From positions 1,105,858-1,169,857 of the forward strand of contig CAJINV010000014.1 of assembly GCA_905178155.1 (NCBI GenBank): a DNA stretch of 64,000 nt. The letters run 5' to 3'. Positions 61,601-64,000 of this stretch are shown in pieces (the first letter of the stretch is position 1; every line of letters begins with the position of its first letter). The notes under the pieces are model-generated. The model was given only the letters and a program-made list of their open reading frames with translations. It was not told the origin of the DNA and made no database searches. The DNA comes from Amoebophrya sp. A120. Taxonomy: Eukaryota; Protista; Dinoflagellata. The position numbers were made by a program, and so were the translations under genes.

Positions 61601-64000
61601 TGATCCCAGGTTTTCCGACAAAGCACTGTTTTGCATGCGTCAGGAAAGCCGCCTTGGGTGCTATGGTACTTGAGGACGTGTTATATGTCTTGGGCGCACG
61701 TACATACTAGCCTGCAGGGACGGCGGAGCCGGAAAAAAATGGCGCAGTATGGTTGGTTGGTGAGATCAGAGTTGGGATATAGTGGCCGGGAGATGATGGT
61801 GATGGCACTTCGGTGTCCGCCTGACCCACCCGCCCTGCGTGCCAAGCCATCTGCGGCCATGGTACAATGGGGGGGCAAAGTGTGTCGCATTTTGTTTAGC
61901 ATGACATTCCTGGGGTGGGGACGTTTTTACAAATGATAGCGACACATGGAAGGTTATCGACGTGGATGGGTGTACCCCGCTCGGCAAGCAGATCTCCATT
62001 AACGACAGTTCCATATCCTTCTCCCCCTGCTACTGCGCTCCGGAGTGGGCCAACTTTCTGATTGAGGACGGCGACTTTTTGAAAGTGGGGCACCAACTGG
62101 ACGTGTGGAGCGTGGGCGTGTCGCTCTGTGAGCTGATCACCCTCGACGCGGTGTTAAAACCGAAGTACGTCTCGATTTACAGAAACACGGGCTCCCACAG
62201 AAAAGCCGGGTTTCTGTTTCTCGAGTGGCTCGCCAACGGAAAGGAGGGGCTGGCACTGGATCAATCGGTACTGTATTGAATCAAAACGCTGACCACCACC
62301 AGATATATCTTTCTGTAGCTCCTAGTCAAGTTAAAAACAAAAACTTTTTTGTTTGTACAACACTGCAAAAAGCAAAAGTTTTTGAGCACAACGACTTGAT
62401 TTTCGTGTGCTACAACTATACCTCTCGTCCGCCACAGATTTCGAAATTCGACCCCGAGTTTACGGATATGGTGCTGACCCGCATGCTGAATAAGAACCCC
62501 ATGGCCCGCGTCTCCCTGTATCCCAGAGAAGAAAGCAGGCAGGTCATATTTGTATATGCAAGAATAAACACACCGAATCAGAAAAATCTGTCTTGGGCGG
62601 CCCCGTAGCATGCTGTTTAGGATATGTCTTTGTTTGTTTGTTTTTGCATAACAAATATGACCTGCCTTTTTTTTTCTGTGGGATACCCTGGCCGACATGC
62701 TGAATCATAACTACGTGAAGGACTGCATCGTGCCCGGCCTGGATACGACGATCGACAAGAAGCAGGAGCACCTGGGCGACAAGGAAAAGGTGAAAAAGCA
62801 CCGGTTGGAGCGCTTGGAGGTGAAGGAGACCGACCAGCCACCGCTGATCAAGGGCGTCTTGTGGAAACTGAACTCGGACGGGGACAAGGAAAACGTGGAG
62901 CACTGGCTGCGACGGGACGTGTGGCTCGACTGCAAGGGCAACCTGTGTATGCATTGCAAATATGTCTGGGTCTGGAAGGCTGTAACTTGTGATGCTACCT
63001 GTACCTTTGCACTCTACATAAGATCTGTATTGCATGAAAAGCAAATAAAGAGGTGCGCTTTTTGCTACGCGGGGAGAGAATTTCTCATGCGGTACGAGCA
63101 TCAAGGAGCCCTCGCAGAATCTCTGATGCTAGGGCATGCATTACAGACATCAGTGGTCATGCAAAATATGCATGACAATCCTGGCACTTTTCCAGACCCA
63201 GACATTTTTGCACTTTGTACTGTGCTACTACTCCCAGAAAAAGAACAAGCGGCTGGTGATCCTGGACGTGAAGCACCTGGCCACCGCGAAACTGAGCAAG
63301 ACCGGGGAGAAGTCGGTCGACAGTCTGAAATGCGCGTTGCCGCACGTCATCTGCGTCGACTTCGTTTTGGAAGAGTCCGAACTGTCCGACGAAACCAAAA
63401 ACATATTGAAAGGAAAAAATTCCCCTCCCCACATTGAAAAGGTATGTTTCCGAAAATCTGTGTTGCTGATTTGAGGCCACAAATCACATTTGTCTTGCAA
63501 GATGGCAACGCCACAGGTTCCGCCGCATTTTGCAGGCGGTTCGTCATGCTGTTGGGCCTACAGCGCAGACGCTTGTCATGCTAAGCGCCTAGGCCAAAGC
63601 CTCTCTACCCAGGCTTGATATGGGCGCGCAGTCCTCTCCAGCAAGACAAATTTGATTTGTGTACACAGATCCAGCATCAGAAATTCCGTTTTGATATGGG
63701 GCGGGGGGATTTTTCCTTTCGATAAAACGCGCACGAAACCCAGTACTACGCGGCCGAGAGTCACGAGGAGTTGAAAAAGTGGTGCAAGGCGTATAACCTG
63801 CTCAGGTGTTACAATCTCAAACGTTACAATAGAGTCTGGAACTTGTGAAGCAAGAAGTGCATTATCTGGCCAACTCTCATAGGATTGCGCATGACAAGTT
63901 CTGGAGTCCCAATCCGCACTACGATCTGGCGAAATTTGTATTGCAAAAAGTGGAATGCTGTCCGAGTCTGTCATGCTCATCATGCAATATAAGACCAAGA
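58606..64000 (+). CDS. Ser/Thr protein kinase with PH-like domain (paralog 2), runs off the window
   Basis: Exon MNPLEEARRK.. spliced (GT 58744..AG 58908) to MLCCGG..; LGEGSFSVV, VAVKTYK, HLDMKPEN, IDVDG, YCAPEW, KGVLWKL..HWLRRDVWL; clear paralog of 48377-57148. Confidence 0.88.
59967..61938. mobile_element. Introner family G expanded to 1.97 kb by a nested insertion
   Basis: TATCCTGAGTAAAAACGTCCCCAC / GTGGGGACGTTTTTACAAATGATA; TSD GCGAC/GCGAC; joined reading NIMRAGDTWKVIDVDG. Confidence 0.93.
60224..61898. mobile_element. Nested 1.68-kb insertion of unknown class
   Basis: Flanked by exact 18-bp direct repeat GCATGACATTCCTGGGGT (60206-60223, 61899-61916); no credible long ORF. Confidence 0.75.
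62519..62685. mobile_element. Introner family I
   Basis: TATCCCAGAGAAGAAAGCAGGCAGGTCATATTTGT / ACAAATATGACCTGCCTTTTTTTTTCTGTGGGATA; TSD CCCTG/CCCTG. Confidence 0.95.
62948..63219. mobile_element. Introner family A
   Basis: Family A TIRs, ends GTA; TSD CTGTG/CTGTG; joined reading NLCYYSQKKNKR as in the paralog. Confidence 0.95.
63404..63724. mobile_element. Introner family C
   Basis: Family C TIRs; TSD AAACA/AAACG. Confidence 0.93.
63792..64000. mobile_element. Probable introner, right end outside the window
   Basis: Coding (..LKKWCKA) is followed by TATAACC..; contains the GCATGACAAG and TGTCATGC motifs. Confidence 0.55.

Noticed and set aside
1-64000. rRNA, tRNA or dinoflagellate spliced-leader relics
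   Set aside because: None recognised by eye; a covariance-model scan would be needed to exclude them.

Overview
Gene-dense eukaryotic (protist) genomic DNA, most consistent with the parasitic dinoflagellate relative Amoebophrya (Syndiniales). That assignment is inferred from the intron architecture, not from a database match. About 14 protein genes, nearly all on the + strand: temptin-like surface protein, SET+Rossmann methyltransferase fusion, DUF4286 protein, giant J-domain protein, HIT hydrolase, secreted alpha/beta hydrolase, single-repeat voltage-gated channel with EF hands, beta-propeller protein, and two tandem kinase-PH paralogs. The dominant feature is an invasion of coding exons by 36 complete MITE-like 'introner' elements (plus partial and decayed copies) from at least 9 terminal-inverted-repeat families. 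Nearly all have TAY...RTA termini and a 5-bp target-site duplication (TSD). In every complete case I traced by hand, deleting the element plus one TSD copy restores the reading frame, although the ends are not GT-AG. Copies sit in either orientation and share an internal GCATSACAAA-type motif. Two larger insertions are bounded by 48-49-bp direct repeats of exon sequence; one of them contains a whole antisense gene. All coordinates and gene models were derived manually from the sequence.
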